Source of the DNA: Escherichia coli
GTDB taxonomy: Bacteria > Pseudomonadota > Gammaproteobacteria > Enterobacterales > Enterobacteriaceae
Reading direction: 5' to 3' (one strand)
NCBI RefSeq assembly: GCF_016026235.1
Contig: NZ_CP065613.1
Length of the DNA: 64,000 nt
A program made the position numbers and the translations under genes. The notes beneath the pieces are model-generated. The model was not told where the DNA came from and ran no database searches. It saw only the letters and a program-made list of their open reading frames with translations. This document shows positions 41,096-53,720 of the stretch, one piece after another. How positions within the stretch are numbered: position 1 is the stretch's first letter; each line of letters opens with the position of its first letter.

Positions 41096-41827
41096 TTATA
41101 TCAGCCAAATGAAACTTGCCATACGCCCGGTGGTCTTGTCGCGACGATAAGAGAAGAAAGTCTCATTTTCCGTATATGTACAACGGTCGCCGCCGAAAAT
41201 TTGTTCAACGCCAACGCTCGCCAGACGCTGCCGGGCAAGCAGATAAATATCCGCCAGATACTTATCACCATGCTGAATGAAAGCTGTACTCGCTTTGGCG
41301 TCTGCTGCCATAAACGCCTCGCGAACCTCCGCCCCCACTTCGAACGCGCGTGGACCAATTGCCGGCCCTAACCAGGCGAGAATATTTTCCGGATTATCAG
41401 CAAAACAGGAAACTGTCTCTTCCAGCACGCCTGCGCACAGTCCACGCCAGCCAGCATGAGCGGCGGCGACTTCCGTTCCCGCTCGATTGCAAAACAGCAC
41501 AGGGAGGCAGTCGGCAGTCATCACTGCGCAAACCGTGCCAGGCGTATTGCTATAAGAGGCATCTGCTCGTTTTGAGGCATAAGGTTCGCCAGTAAGCTTA
41601 AGCACATCTTTGCCGTGTACCTGCTCAAGCCAGACCGGTTTAGAAGGCAAATTGCCCGCAGCAAAAAGTCGCTTGCGATTCTCCTCAACGTGATCCGGGT
41701 TATCGCCACAATGGGCAACGAGGTTGAGCGAGTCATACGGGGGCAAGCTCACGCCGCCGATACGAGTAGAGCTACAAGCCGCAACACCTTTTGGCAGCGG
41801 CCACTGCGGGACAATCAGCTTACTCAT
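41096..41827 (-). CDS. yfiH: Purine-nucleoside phosphorylase / peptidoglycan-editing factor, YfiH family (DUF152)
   Basis: 243-aa ORF; matches YfiH (PgeF); 4-nt overlap with rluD. Confidence 0.92.
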   Translation of the reverse strand: MSKLIVPQWPLPKGVAACSSTRIGGVSLPPYDSLNLVAHCGDNPDHVEENRKRLFAAGNLPSKPVWLEQVHGKDVLKLTGEPYASKRADASYSNTPGTVCAVMTADCLPVLFCNRAGTEVAAAHAGWRGLCAGVLEETVSCFADNPENILAWLGPAIGPRAFEVGAEVREAFMAADAKASTAFIQHGDKYLADIYLLARQRLASVGVEQIFGGDRCTYTENETFFSYRRDKTTGRMASFIWLI

Positions 41828-42804
41828 AACCAGTCCACTTCATCCTTATGCTCTTCGAAATCGGCGCGCATCACCTCAATCAGCTCCACCATATCTTGTG
41901 GAATAGGCGCATGCCATTCCATTTCGATGCCGGAGATCGGGTGATAAAGACGCAGCATGGTTGCATGAAGCGCCTGGCGGTCAAACTTACGCAGCGTGGA
42001 GATAAATGCTTCCGAAGCACCTTTTGGCGGACGCGGACGGCCACCATAAACCGGATCGCCCACCAGCGGATGAGTGATATGGGCCATATGCACGCGGATC
42101 TGGTGCGTACGTCCAGTTTCCAGACGCAACCGCAGACGCGTGTGCACACGGAAGTGTTCCATGATGCGATAGTGAGTCACCGCCGGTTTGCCCATCGGAT
42201 GCACCGCCATGTGAGTACGTTTGGTCGGGTGGCGGCTGATGGGTTCATCTACTGTACCGCCAGCGGTCATATGACCAATTGCCACCGCTTCATACTCACG
42301 AGTAATTTCACGCCTTTGCAAAGATTCGACTAAACGCGTCTGAGCCGGAACGGTTTTTGCCACAACCATCAGGCCAGTGGTGTCTTTATCCAGACGATGG
42401 ACGATGCCTGCACGCGGTACATCAGCAATGGGCGGATAGTAATGAAGCAACGCATTCAGTACCGTGCCATCCGGGTTACCCGCGCCAGGATGTACCACCA
42501 GGTCGCGCGGTTTATTAATGACAATGATATCTTCATCTTCATAGACGATATCCAGCGGGATATCCTGCGGTTCAAAACGCGCTTCTTCTTCAATCTCAGC
42601 GTTTATGGCAACCTGCTCGCCACCCAATACTTTTTCTTTCGGCTTATCACAAACTTTGCCGTTTACCAGCACGCGCTGGTCGAGGATCCATTCTTTTATT
42701 CGCGAACGTGAATAATCCGGGAACATTTCGGCCAAAGCCTGATCTAAGCGTTGACCGAGTTGGTTTTCGGACACCGTTGCAGTGAGCTGTACTCGTTGTG
42801 CCAT
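41824..42804 (-). CDS. rluD: 23S rRNA pseudouridine(1911/1915/1917) synthase
   Basis: 326-aa ORF; S4 domain then RluA-family catalytic HRLDKDTTG motif. Confidence 0.96.
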   Translation of the reverse strand: MAQRVQLTATVSENQLGQRLDQALAEMFPDYSRSRIKEWILDQRVLVNGKVCDKPKEKVLGGEQVAINAEIEEEARFEPQDIPLDIVYEDEDIIVINKPRDLVVHPGAGNPDGTVLNALLHYYPPIADVPRAGIVHRLDKDTTGLMVVAKTVPAQTRLVESLQRREITREYEAVAIGHMTAGGTVDEPISRHPTKRTHMAVHPMGKPAVTHYRIMEHFRVHTRLRLRLETGRTHQIRVHMAHITHPLVGDPVYGGRPRPPKGASEAFISTLRKFDRQALHATMLRLYHPISGIEMEWHAPIPQDMVELIEVMRADFEEHKDEVDWL

Positions 42805-42938
42805 ATATACTGCTTCTTCGTTTATCGTTGGGGTTTTACGGCTTTGCCGTTTAATATAGTGTGCTATTGTAGCTGGTCTTAACCGGGAGCAGGAACAGAG
42901 AATCTCCCGTATTACATTTTGAGGAAAGTCAAAACGTC

Positions 42939-43676
42939 ATGACGCGCATGAAATATCTGGTGGCAGCCGCCACACTAAGCCTGTTTTTGGCGGGTTGCTC
43001 GGGGTCAAAGGAAGAAGTACCTGATAATCCGCCAAATGAAATTTACGCGACTGCACAACAAAAGCTGCAGGACGGTAACTGGAGACAGGCAATAACGCAA
43101 CTGGAAGCGTTAGATAATCGCTATCCGTTTGGTCCGTATTCGCAGCAGGTGCAGCTGGATCTCATCTACGCGTACTATAAAAACGCCGATTTGCCGTTAG
43201 CGCAGGCTGCCATCGATCGTTTTATTCGCCTAAACCCGACCCATCCGAATATCGATTATGTCATGTACATGCGTGGCCTGACCAATATGGCGCTGGATGA
43301 CAGTGCGCTGCAAGGGTTCTTTGGCGTTGACCGTAGCGATCGCGATCCTCAACATGCACGAGCTGCGTTTAGTGACTTTTCCAAACTGGTGCGCGGCTAT
43401 CCAAACAGCCAGTACACCACCGATGCCACCAAACGTCTGGTATTCCTGAAAGATCGTCTGGCGAAATATGAATACTCCGTGGCCGAGTACTATACAGAAC
43501 GTGGCGCATGGGTTGCCGTCGTTAACCGCGTAGAAGGCATGTTGCGCGACTACCCGGATACCCAGGCTACGCGTGATGCGCTGCCGCTGATGGAAAATGC
43601 ATACCGTCAGATGCAGATGAATGCGCAAGCTGAAAAAGTAGCGAAAATCATCGCCGCAAACAGCAGCAATACATAA
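42939..43676 (+). CDS. bamD: Outer membrane protein assembly factor BamD
   Basis: 245-aa ORF; lipobox LAGC, TPR-like repeats. Confidence 0.96.
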
Positions 43677-43692
43677 CAGAAACCTGAAACAC

Positions 43693-43722
43693 AAAACGGC
43701 AGCCATTGAGCTGCCGTTTTTT
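43693..43722 (+). terminator. Intrinsic terminator after bamD
   Basis: AAAACGGCAGC-CATTGA-GCTGCCGTTTTTT. Confidence 0.8.
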
Positions 43723-43897
43723 ATTCTGTTAGTTGTGAATGTGAAACTGAAGCGATTTAGTCACTATCGATCTCATCAAATATGGCTCGCTTTGAGATAT
43801 TCCTCAAGTAAAAAAACACCTCTTCCTGCGATTTCTCACAAAAAAGATTCGTTGACAAAAAGTGACAAAATTATGAGATTTCCATCACACATTTTGA

Positions 43898-44293
<396 letters not shown>

Positions 44294-44316
44294 TCCTTTA
44301 TATTGAGTGTATCGCC

Positions 44317-44340
44317 AACGCGCCTTCGGGCGCGTTTTTT
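44317..44340 (+). terminator. Intrinsic terminator after raiA
   Basis: CGCGCCTTCGGGCGCG stem-loop followed by TTTTTT. Confidence 0.8.
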
Positions 44341-44396
44341 GTTGACAGCGTGAAAACAGTACGGGTACTGTACTAAAGTCACTTAAGGAAACAAAC

Positions 44397-44444
44397 ATGA
44401 AACACATACCGTTTTTCTTCGCATTCTTTTTTACCTTCCCCTGA
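44397..44444 (+). CDS. pheL: pheA leader peptide (15 aa, Phe-rich)
   Basis: ATG...TGA encoding [15 protein letters not shown], 7 of 15 residues Phe; TTGACA -35 hexamer at ~44342. Confidence 0.9.
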
Positions 44445-44490
44445 ATGGGAGGCGTTTCGTCGTGTGAAACAGAATGCGAAGACGAACAAT

Positions 44491-44522
44491 AAGGCCTCCC
44501 AAATCGGGGGGCCTTTTTTATT
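44491..44522 (+). terminator. pheA attenuator terminator
   Basis: AAGGCCTCCC-AAAT-CGGGGGGCCTTTTTTATT between pheL and pheA. Confidence 0.85.
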
Positions 44523-44542
44523 GATAACAAAAAGGCAACACT

Positions 44543-45703
44543 ATGACATCGGAAAACCCGTTACTGGCGCTGCGAGAGAAAATCAGCGCGCTGGATGAAA
44601 AATTATTAGCATTACTGGCAGAGCGGCGCGAACTGGCCGTCGAGGTGGGAAAAGCCAAACTGCTCTCGCATCGCCCGGTACGTGATATTGATCGTGAACG
44701 CGATTTACTGGAAAGATTAATTACGCTCGGTAAAGCGCACCATCTGGACGCCCATTACATTACTCGCCTGTTCCAGCTCATCATTGAAGATTCCGTATTA
44801 ACTCAGCAGGCTTTGCTCCAACAACATCTCAATAAAATTAATCCGCACTCAGCACGCATCGCTTTTCTCGGCCCCAAAGGTTCTTATTCCCATCTTGCGG
44901 CGCGCCAGTATGCTGCCCGTCACTTTGAGCAATTCATTGAAAGTGGCTGCGCCAAATTTGCCGATATTTTTAATCAGGTGGAAACCGGCCAGGCCGACTA
45001 TGCCGTCGTACCGATTGAAAATACCAGCTCCGGTGCCATAAATGACGTTTACGATCTGCTGCAACATACCAGCTTGTCGATTGTTGGCGAGATGACGTTA
45101 ACTATCGACCATTGTTTGTTAGTCTCCGGCACGACTGATTTATCCACCATCAATACGGTCTACAGCCATCCGCAGCCATTCCAGCAATGCAGCAAATTCC
45201 TTAATCGTTATCCGCACTGGAAGATTGAATATACCGAAAGTACGTCTGCGGCAATGGAAAAGGTTGCACAGGCAAAATCACCGCATGTTGCTGCGTTGGG
45301 AAGCGAAGCTGGCGGCACTTTGTACGGTTTGCAGGTACTGGAGCGGATTGAAGCGAATCAGCGACAAAACTTCACCCGATTTGTGGTGTTGGCGCGTAAA
45401 GCCATTAACGTGTCTGATCAGGTTCCGGCGAAAACGACGTTGTTAATGGCGACCGGGCAACAAGCCGGTGCGCTGGTTGAAGCGTTGCTGGTACTGCGCA
45501 ACCACAATCTGATTATGACCCGTCTGGAATCACGCCCGATTCACGGTAATCCATGGGAAGAGATGTTTTATCTGGATATTCAGGCCAATCTTGAATCAGC
45601 GGAAATGCAAAAAGCATTGAAAGAGTTAGGGGAAATCACCCGTTCAATGAAGGTATTGGGCTGTTACCCAAGCAAGAACGTAGTGCCTGTTGATCCAACC
45701 TGA
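44543..45703 (+). CDS. pheA: Bifunctional chorismate mutase / prephenate dehydratase
   Basis: 386-aa ORF; matches PheA. Confidence 0.97.
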   Translation: MTSENPLLALREKISALDEKLLALLAERRELAVEVGKAKLLSHRPVRDIDRERDLLERLITLGKAHHLDAHYITRLFQLIIEDSVLTQQALLQQHLNKINPHSARIAFLGPKGSYSHLAARQYAARHFEQFIESGCAKFADIFNQVETGQADYAVVPIENTSSGAINDVYDLLQHTSLSIVGEMTLTIDHCLLVSGTTDLSTINTVYSHPQPFQQCSKFLNRYPHWKIEYTESTSAAMEKVAQAKSPHVAALGSEAGGTLYGLQVLERIEANQRQNFTRFVVLARKAINVSDQVPAKTTLLMATGQQAGALVEALLVLRNHNLIMTRLESRPIHGNPWEEMFYLDIQANLESAEMQKALKELGEITRSMKVLGCYPSKNVVPVDPT

Positions 45704-45705
45704 TG

Positions 45706-45740
45706 AAAAAGTGCCGGATGATGTGAATCATCCGGCACTG
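45706..45740. terminator. Bidirectional terminator between convergent pheA and tyrA
   Basis: GTGCCGGATGAT-GTGAA-TCATCCGGCAC perfect palindrome flanked by A-run and T-rich sequence. Confidence 0.8.
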
Positions 45741-45745
45741 GATTA

Positions 45746-46867
45746 TTACTGGCGATTGTCATTCGCCTGACGCAATAACACGCGGCTTTCACTCTGAAAA
45801 CGCTGTGCGTAATCGCCGAACCAGTGCTCCACCTTGCGGAAACTGTCAATAAACGCCTGCTTATCGCCCTGCTCCAGCAACTCAATCGCCTCGCCGAAAC
45901 GCTTATAGTAACGTTTGATTAACGCCAGATTACGCTCTGACGACATAATAATGTCGGCATAAAGCTGCGGATCCTGAGCGAACAGTCGCCCGACCATCGC
46001 CAGCTCAAGGCGGTAAATCGGCGAAGAGAGCGCCAGAAGTTGCTCAAGCTGAACATTTTCTTCTGCCAGGTGCAGGCCATAAGCAAAAGTGGCAAAGTGG
46101 CGCAACGCCTGGATAAACGCCATATTCTGATCATGTTCGACAGCACTAATGCGATGCAGTCGCGCGCCCCAGACCTGAATTTGCTCAAGAAACCATTGGT
46201 ACGCTTCTGGCTGGCGTCCATCACACCAGACCACGACCTGCTTCGCCAGACTGCCGCTATCCGGACCAAACATCGGGTGTAACCCCAGCACCGGGCCATC
46301 ATGCGCCGCCAGCATGGCCTGTAACGGCCCATTTTTCACTGATGCCAGATCGACCAGAATACAGTCTTGCGGTAAAGGCGGTAATTTGCCGATAACTTGC
46401 TCAGTAATGTGGATTGGCACACTAACAATCACCATTCCAGCATCGGCAACAATATCAGCCGCTCGATCCCAGTCATGTTGCTCCAGAATCCGCACCTGAT
46501 AACCCGAGAGTGTCAGCATCTTCTCGAACAGACGTCCCATCTGACCGCCGCCGCCAACGATAACTACCGGGCGTAACGCAGGACAAAGCGTTTTAAATCC
46601 TTTGTCGTTTTCACTGGAGTAAGATTCACGCATCACCCGACGCAAAACATCCTCAATCAGATCTGGCGGTACACCCAGAGCTTCCGCCTCTGCACGACGC
46701 GAGGCCAACATAGATGACTCGCGCTCCGGAACATAAATAGGCAGTCCAAAGCGGCTTTTCACCTCTCCCACTTCAGCAACCAGTTCCAGACGCTTCGCTA
46801 ATAAATTCAGCAGCGCTTTATCGACTTCATCAATTTGATCGCGTAATGCGGTCAATTCAGCAACCAT
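45746..46867 (-). CDS. tyrA: Bifunctional chorismate mutase / prephenate dehydrogenase
   Basis: 373-aa ORF; matches TyrA. Confidence 0.97.
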   Translation of the reverse strand: MVAELTALRDQIDEVDKALLNLLAKRLELVAEVGEVKSRFGLPIYVPERESSMLASRRAEAEALGVPPDLIEDVLRRVMRESYSSENDKGFKTLCPALRPVVIVGGGGQMGRLFEKMLTLSGYQVRILEQHDWDRAADIVADAGMVIVSVPIHITEQVIGKLPPLPQDCILVDLASVKNGPLQAMLAAHDGPVLGLHPMFGPDSGSLAKQVVVWCDGRQPEAYQWFLEQIQVWGARLHRISAVEHDQNMAFIQALRHFATFAYGLHLAEENVQLEQLLALSSPIYRLELAMVGRLFAQDPQLYADIIMSSERNLALIKRYYKRFGEAIELLEQGDKQAFIDSFRKVEHWFGDYAQRFQSESRVLLRQANDNRQ

Positions 46868-46877
46868 AATAAACCTC

Positions 46878-47948
46878 TTAAGCCACGCGAGCCGTCAGCT
46901 GCCCGTTCAGATCCTGATGAATTTCACGCAGCAAGGCATCGGTCATTTCCCAGCTAATGCAGGCATCGGTTACGGATACACCGTATTTCATTTCACTGCG
47001 CGGTTGCTCGGAAGACTGATTGCCCTCGTGGATATTACTTTCGATCATCAGACCAATAATTGAGCGATTGCCATCTTTGATTTGAGCAACCACGGATTCT
47101 GCCACCGCAGGCTGACGGCGATAATCTTTATTGGAATTACCGTGGCTGCAATCTACCATCAGAGACGGGCGCAGTCCCGCCTGTTCCATCTCTTTTTCAC
47201 ATTGCGCAACATCCGCAGGGCTATAGTTCGGCGCTTTACCACCGCGCAGGATGACATGCCCGTCCGGATTCCCCTGAGTTTGTAGCAACGCAACCTGCCC
47301 TGCCTGGTTAATGCCAACAAAACGATGCGGCTGGGCGGCGGCGCGCATAGCGTTAATTGCTGTTGCCAGACTGCCGTCGGTGCCGTTTTTAAAACCAACC
47401 GGCATGGAAAGCCCGGAGGCCATTTCACGGTGAGTTTGCGATTCCGTTGTACGAGCACCAATGGCTGACCAGCTAAACAGATCGCCCAGGTATTGCGGGC
47501 TATTCGGATCTAACGCTTCCGTCGCCAGTGGCAGTCCCATATTCACCAGCTCAAGCAGCAATTTACGCGCGATCTGCAGCCCGGCTTCTACATCAAAAGA
47601 GCCATCCATATGGGGATCGTTAATTAACCCTTTCCAGCCGACAGTGGTACGGGGTTTTTCAAAATAGACGCGCATTACCAGATAGAGGCTATCGCTGACC
47701 TCTGCGGCAAGGGCTTTAAATCGACGAGCATATTCCAGAGCAGTTTCCGGATCATGAATGGAACAAGGACCACATACTACCAGCAGACGAGGATCGCGCC
47801 CGGCGATAATATCTGAAATGGTTTTACGCGAGTCAGCAATCTGGGCTTCTTGTTGCAGGCTTAATGGAAAAGCGGCCTTCAGTTGTGCCGGAGTCATTAA
47901 AACCTGTTCGTCGGTAATATGTACGTTATTCAGCGCGTCTTTTTGCAT
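46878..47948 (-). CDS. aroF: DAHP synthase, Tyr-sensitive
   Basis: Track ORF 46878..48017; start set at [24 protein letters not shown] (356 aa). Confidence 0.96.
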   Translation of the reverse strand: MQKDALNNVHITDEQVLMTPAQLKAAFPLSLQQEAQIADSRKTISDIIAGRDPRLLVVCGPCSIHDPETALEYARRFKALAAEVSDSLYLVMRVYFEKPRTTVGWKGLINDPHMDGSFDVEAGLQIARKLLLELVNMGLPLATEALDPNSPQYLGDLFSWSAIGARTTESQTHREMASGLSMPVGFKNGTDGSLATAINAMRAAAQPHRFVGINQAGQVALLQTQGNPDGHVILRGGKAPNYSPADVAQCEKEMEQAGLRPSLMVDCSHGNSNKDYRRQPAVAESVVAQIKDGNRSIIGLMIESNIHEGNQSSEQPRSEMKYGVSVTDACISWEMTDALLREIHQDLNGQLTARVA

Positions 47949-48042
47949 GATGGCGATCCTGTTTATGCTCGTTTGCGATAGTTGATCCTCAGCGAGGATG
48001 ACGTAACGATAACACATAAAGTAAAGTTTTCAATCCATATTT

Positions 48043-48060
48043 CGTACATTTTTCTTTACA
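48043..48060. promoter_or_regulatory. TyrR box upstream of aroF
   Basis: Minus-strand TGTAAA-GAAAAA-TGTACG (consensus TGTAAA-N6-TTTACA). Confidence 0.6.
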
Positions 48061-48094
48061 TAAGCAATTTATTCGCGCTTTAAACCCTTGCTTC

Positions 48095-48112
48095 TGTATA
48101 GATAAATTTACA
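48095..48112. promoter_or_regulatory. TyrR box upstream of aroF (distal)
   Basis: Minus-strand TGTAAA-TTTATC-TATACA. Confidence 0.6.
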
Positions 48113-48157
48113 CCACCTTTGAAAGCAATCCGCTATGCTTTGAAAAAGGAGAAAGAA

Positions 48158-48313
48158 ATGATGAAAAAGTTTATCGCCCCCTTGTTGGCTTTACTGGTTA
48201 GCGGATGCCAGATTGATCCTTATACTCACGCGCCAACCTTGACCAGCACCGACTGGTATGATGTTGGTATGGAAGATGCGATATCGGGCAGCGCCATAAA
48301 AGATGACGATGCA
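48158..48313 (+). pseudogene. yfiL: yfiL lipoprotein gene, 5-prime 52 codons only; interrupted by IS1
   Basis: MMKKFIAPLLALLVSGCQIDPYTHAPTLTSTDWYDVGMEDAISGSAIKDDDA (lipobox LVSGC), then the reading frame runs directly into the IS1 terminal inverted repeat. Confidence 0.8.
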
Positions 48314-48328
48314 GGTAATGACTCCAAC

Positions 48329-48832
48329 TTATTGATAGTGTTTTATGTTCAGATAATGCCCGATGACTTTGTCATGCAGCTCCACCGATTTTGAGAACGA
48401 CAGCGACTTCCGTCCCAGCCGTGCCAGGTGCTGCCTCAGATTCAGGTTATGCCGCTCAATTCGCTGCGTATATCGCTTGCTGATTACGTGCAGCTTTCCC
48501 TTCAGGCGGGATTCATACAGCGGCCAGCCATCCGTCATCCATATCACCACGTCAAAGGGTGACAGCAGGCTCATAAGACGCCCCAGCGTCGCCATAGTGC
48601 GTTCACCGAATACGTGCGCAACAACCGTCTTCCGGAGACTGTCATACGCGTAAAACAGCCAGCGCTGGCGCGATTTAGCCCCGACATAGCCCCACTGTTC
48701 GTCCATTTCCGCGCAGACGATGACGTCACTGCCCGGCTGTATGCGCGAGGTTACCGACTGCGGCCTGAGTTTTTTAAGTGACGTAAAATCGTGTTGAGGC
48801 CAACGCCCATAATGCGGGCAGTTGCCCGGCAT
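48329..48832 (-). CDS. insB: IS1 InsB (transposase C-terminal frame; made as InsAB by -1 frameshift)
   Basis: 167-aa track ORF matching IS1 InsB. Confidence 0.93.
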
Positions 48833-49026
48833 CCAACGCCATTCATGGCCATATCAATGATTTTCTGGTGCGTACCGGGTTGAGAAGCGGTGTAAGTGAA
48901 CTGCAGTTGCCATGTTTTACGGCAGTGAGAGCAGAGATAGCGCTGATGTCCGGCGGTGCTTTTGCCGTTACGCACCACCCCGTCAGTAGCTGAACAGGAG
49001 GGACAGCTGATAGAAACAGAAGCCAC
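48751..49026 (-). CDS. insA: IS1 InsA (transposition inhibitor / DNA-binding protein)
   Basis: 91-aa track [43 protein letters not shown]..., GTG start. Confidence 0.93.
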
Positions 49027-49272
49027 TGGAGCACCTCAAAAACACCATCATACACTAAATCAGTAAGTTGGCAGCATCACCAAAGGGGCTGATGAAAATG
49101 CCAGCACAATACGATTAAATTAATTAAAACCCCACAAATAAATTAAACATAAGATTTTACTCATTATGTTTTATTTCTCACAATGATGACGACTGCATGA
49201 AATAATGATATTTTAATGAGCATTCAGAAAAAATATCGATGCATTTCGAGCGAAGATGGTGGGGATCCCTGA

Positions 49273-49791
49273 ATGCGTTTTTCTCACCGACTGTTCTTAC
49301 TGCTGATTATCCTGCTGACGGGAGCACCAATACTCGCTCAGGAGCCTTCTGACGTTGCGAAAAACGTGCGTATGATGGTTTCCGGTATTGTCAGTTACAC
49401 TCGCTGGCCTGCGCTATCAGGGCCACCAAAGTTATGTATCTTTTCATCTTCACGTTTTAGTACCGCCCTACAAGAGAATGCCGCGACATCTTTGCCTTAT
49501 CTGCCTGTCATCATTCACACTCAACAAGAGGCGATGATTTCAGGCTGCAATGGTTTTTATTTTGGCAACGAGTCACCGACATTCCAGATGGAATTAACCG
49601 AACAATATCCGTCAAAGGCGTTATTATTAATTGCCGAACAAAATACCGAGTGCATTATTGGTAGCGCCTTTTGTCTGATCATCCACAATAATGACGTCAG
49701 ATTTGCCGTAAACCTGGATGCCTTATCGCGTAGCGGTGTAAAGGTCAACCCGGATGTCTTGATGCTCGCACGGAAGAAAAATGATGGATAA
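49273..49791 (+). CDS. yfiR: Periplasmic repressor of diguanylate cyclase DgcN
   Basis: 172-aa ORF with signal peptide; matches YfiR. Confidence 0.93.
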   Translation: MRFSHRLFLLLIILLTGAPILAQEPSDVAKNVRMMVSGIVSYTRWPALSGPPKLCIFSSSRFSTALQENAATSLPYLPVIIHTQQEAMISGCNGFYFGNESPTFQMELTEQYPSKALLLIAEQNTECIIGSAFCLIIHNNDVRFAVNLDALSRSGVKVNPDVLMLARKKNDG

Positions 49792-51007
49792 CGATAATTC
49801 TCTTAATAAGCGCCCCACGTTTAAAAGAGCATTACGCAACATCAGTATGACCAGCATATTTATCACTATGATGCTGATCTGGTTGCTGCTTTCCGTGACC
49901 TCGGTGCTGACCCTGAAACAGTACGCGCAAAAAAACCTGGCACTGACAGCAGCAACAATGACTTACAGTCTGGAAGCAGCTGTCGTTTTTGCCGATGGCC
50001 CTGCAGCAACTGAAACACTGGCAGCGCTGGGCCAGCAAGGGCAATTTTCAACTGCAGAAGTACGTGATAAGCAGCAAAATATTCTGGCATCCTGGCATTA
50101 CACCCGTAAGGATCCAGGCGATACTTTCAGCAATTTCATAAGCCACTGGCTCTTCCCTGCCCCCATCATTCAGCCGATTCGTCACAATGGTGAAACCATT
50201 GGCGAAGTACGCTTAACCGCTCGCGACAGTTCAATCAGCCATTTTATCTGGTTTTCGCTCGCCGTACTGACCGGTTGTATTCTGCTGGCATCAGGAATCG
50301 CAATTACCCTCACCCGCCATTTGCACAATGGCCTGGTGGAAGCACTGAAAAATATCACCGATGTCGTACATGATGTGCGTTCCAACCGCAATTTTTCCCG
50401 ACGAGTTTCGGAAGAACGTATAGCTGAGTTTCACCGCTTCGCTCTCGACTTCAACAGTCTGCTGGATGAAATGGAAGAGTGGCAGCTTCGTTTACAGGCC
50501 AAAAATGCGCAGCTTCTGCGTACCGCGCTACATGACCCATTAACCGGGCTGGCTAACCGCGCAGCGTTTCGTAGCGGCATCAATACGTTGATGAACAATT
50601 CCGCTGCCCGAAAAACGTCGGCGTTACTATTTCTTGATGGCGATAATTTCAAATATATCAATGATACCTGGGGTCATGCGACGGGCGATAGAGTCTTGAT
50701 TGAAATCGCAAAACGGTTAGCTGAATTTGGCGGGCTACGACATAAAGCATACCGCCTGGGCGGCGATGAATTCGCGATGGTGCTCTATGGTGTACAGTCG
50801 GAATCTGAAGTGCAGCAGATATGCTCAGCACTGACACAAATCTTTAATCTCCCGTTTGATCTTAATAATGGCCATCAGACCACCATGACATTAAGCATTG
50901 GTTACGCAATGACCATTGCGCACGCTTCTGCGGAAAAATTACAAGAGCTGGCCGATCACAATATGTATCAGGCCAAACACCAGCGTGCCGAAAAGCTGGT
51001 GAGATAA
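49781..51007 (+). CDS. dgcN: Diguanylate cyclase (membrane, HAMP + GGDEF)
   Basis: 408-aa ORF; GGDEF motif (YRLGGDEF); overlaps yfiR by 11 nt. Confidence 0.95.
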   Translation: MMDNDNSLNKRPTFKRALRNISMTSIFITMMLIWLLLSVTSVLTLKQYAQKNLALTAATMTYSLEAAVVFADGPAATETLAALGQQGQFSTAEVRDKQQNILASWHYTRKDPGDTFSNFISHWLFPAPIIQPIRHNGETIGEVRLTARDSSISHFIWFSLAVLTGCILLASGIAITLTRHLHNGLVEALKNITDVVHDVRSNRNFSRRVSEERIAEFHRFALDFNSLLDEMEEWQLRLQAKNAQLLRTALHDPLTGLANRAAFRSGINTLMNNSAARKTSALLFLDGDNFKYINDTWGHATGDRVLIEIAKRLAEFGGLRHKAYRLGGDEFAMVLYGVQSESEVQQICSALTQIFNLPFDLNNGHQTTMTLSIGYAMTIAHASAEKLQELADHNMYQAKHQRAEKLVR

Positions 51008-51022
51008 CAAGGATATATCGAT

Positions 51023-51505
51023 ATGATAAAGCACCTGGTAGCACCCCTGATTTTCACCTCACTAATACTGACTGGCTGCCAGTCCCCTCAGGGAAAGTTT
51101 ACTCCTGAGCAAGTCGCCGCTATGCAATCTTATGGATTTACTGAATCCGCCGGCGACTGGTCGCTGGGCTTATCAGATGCCATTCTGTTCGCAAAAAATG
51201 ACTACAAATTGCTCCCGGAAAGCCAGCAACAGATCCAAACCATGGCAGCCAAATTGGCCTCGACAGGGCTAACACATGCCCGTATGGATGGACACACCGA
51301 TAACTATGGTGAAGACAGTTACAACGAAGGCTTATCATTGAAACGGGCGAATGTCGTGGCCGATGCATGGGCTATGGGTGGACAAATTCCACGCAGCAAT
51401 CTCACCACACAGGGTTTAGGAAAAAAATATCCCATAGCCAGTAACAAGACCGCCCAGGGCCGCGCCGAGAACCGCCGCGTCGCAGTGGTGATTACTACCC
51501 CTTAA
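51023..51505 (+). CDS. yfiB: OmpA-family outer membrane lipoprotein YfiB
   Basis: 160-aa ORF; lipobox LTGC; OmpA-like C-terminal peptidoglycan-binding domain. Confidence 0.94.
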   Translation: MIKHLVAPLIFTSLILTGCQSPQGKFTPEQVAAMQSYGFTESAGDWSLGLSDAILFAKNDYKLLPESQQQIQTMAAKLASTGLTHARMDGHTDNYGEDSYNEGLSLKRANVVADAWAMGGQIPRSNLTTQGLGKKYPIASNKTAQGRAENRRVAVVITTP

Positions 51506-51522
51506 AACACGAGCAAACAGAT

Positions 51523-51556
51523 AAAAAAAGGGCCAGCCAATTGGCCAGCCCTTCTT
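51523..51556 (-). terminator. Terminator of the rpsP-rimM-trmD-rplS operon (also end of yfiB transcript)
   Basis: AAGGGCCAGCC-AATT-GGCCAGCCCTT imperfect palindrome with A-run upstream (U-run on minus strand), between convergent yfiB and rplS. Confidence 0.65.
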
Positions 51557-51581
51557 AACAGGATGTCGCTTAAGCGAAATC

Positions 51582-51932
<351 letters not shown>

Positions 51933-51970
51933 TTAATCTCTTATCCTGGGTAAACTGATATCTCGGGGGC

Positions 51971-52738
51971 TTACGCCATCCCATCATGTTTATGTTGCTG
52001 TTGTGCGTGTTCCGTTTTGAACTCCGCCAGCAACCTTGCTTGCTCTTCAGTCAGAGCCAGGTTTTCCAGAAGTTCAGGTCTTCTAAGCCAAGTACGGCCC
52101 AGCGACTGTTTCAAACGCCAGCGACGTATCTCGGCATGGTTGCCCGACAGTAACACTGGCGGAACTTCCATCCCTTCTAACACCTCAGGCCGCGTATAGT
52201 GCGGGCAATCCAGCAATCCTTCAGCAAAGGAATCTTCCGTTGCCGAGGCTTCATGTCCCAGTACTCCCGGAATAAACCGGGAAACGGAGTCAATCAGCGT
52301 CATTGCTGGTAACTCACCACCACTGAGAACGTAATCGCCGATTGACCATTCTTCGTCAATTTCGGTTTGGATCACGCGCTCATCTATACCTTCGTAGCGA
52401 CCGCACACCAGAATCAATTTTTGATTCGTTGCCAGTTCGCTGACGCCCGCTTGATCAAGCTTGCGTCCCTGTGGTGAAAGATAAATCACCTTTGCGCCTT
52501 CACCCGCCGCGGCTTTTGCTGCATGAATGGCGTCCCGCAAGGGTTGCACCATCATTAACATCCCCGGTCCGCCGCCATAAGGACGATCGTCCACGGTACG
52601 GTGCCGGTCATGCGTGAAATCGCGAGGACTCCAGCTCTGGATGCTCAGCAGGCCATTTTTAACTGCCCGGCCAGTTACCCCGTAATCGGTAATTGCGCGG
52701 AACATTTCAGGAAACAGGCTAATTATGCCAATCCACAT
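51971..52738 (-). CDS. trmD: tRNA (guanine37-N1)-methyltransferase
   Basis: 255-aa ORF matches TrmD. Confidence 0.97.
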
Positions 52739-52768
52739 AGCGCCGTCTTTTACCGTTTATCCGGTGGT

Positions 52769-53317
52769 TTAAAAACCAGGATCCCAATCTACTTCGATTG
52801 AACGAGTAGTGAGATCGACTTTCTTGATAACCTGCCCATCGAGGAACGGTACGAGACGTTCCTTGATACCAAACGCATCTTTCAGGTTTGCCTTAATGAC
52901 GAGAACGTCATTGGATCCGGTTTCCATCATATCGACGACTTTACCGAGATCGTAGCCTTCAGTGGTTACTACCTGGCAGCCCATCAGGTCTTTCCAGTAG
53001 TAGTCACCCTCTTCAAGCTGAGGCAGCTGCGATGAATCCACGACAATTTCACAATTCGTCAGCAGGTTCGCCGCATCACGATCGTCAACGCCTTTCAGCT
53101 TGATGATCATGTCCTGATTGTGGTGCTTCCAACTTTCCAGCTGGACTTGCTGCCACTGACCCGCCTTCTGGATAAACCAGGGCTGATAGTCAAAAATGCT
53201 TTCGGCGTCTTCGGTGGAAGAAAACACTCTGAGCCACCCACGAATACCGTAAGACGAACCCATTTTTCCCAAAACGATGGGATCAACAGGTGCTTGCGCG
53301 GTGAGTTGTTTGCTCAT
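52769..53317 (-). CDS. rimM: Ribosome maturation factor RimM
   Basis: Track ORF 52769..53326; start set at [20 protein letters not shown] (182 aa). Confidence 0.95.
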
Positions 53318-53335
53318 CATGACCACCGTGACAGA

Positions 53336-53662
<327 letters not shown>

Positions 53663-53720
53663 TTACTGATTTCTGGAGAAAATGCAATCAGCAGTTAATA
53701 ACTCTGTCGCATAAGGTCAT

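Larger units (their letters stand above)
48314..49081 (-). mobile_element. IS1: Insertion sequence IS1, complete 768 bp
   Basis: Terminal inverted repeats GGTAATGACTCCAACTTATTGAT (48314..) and ATCAGTAAGTTGGCAGCATCACC (..49081); insA and insB in IS1 arrangement. Confidence 0.95.

Noticed and set aside
49082-49123. 14-codon frame (KGADENASTIRLN-stop) right after IS1 as the intact C-terminus of yfiL
   Set aside because: Cannot be confirmed without a reference yfiL sequence; treated as a possible remnant within the IS1 finding rather than as a feature.
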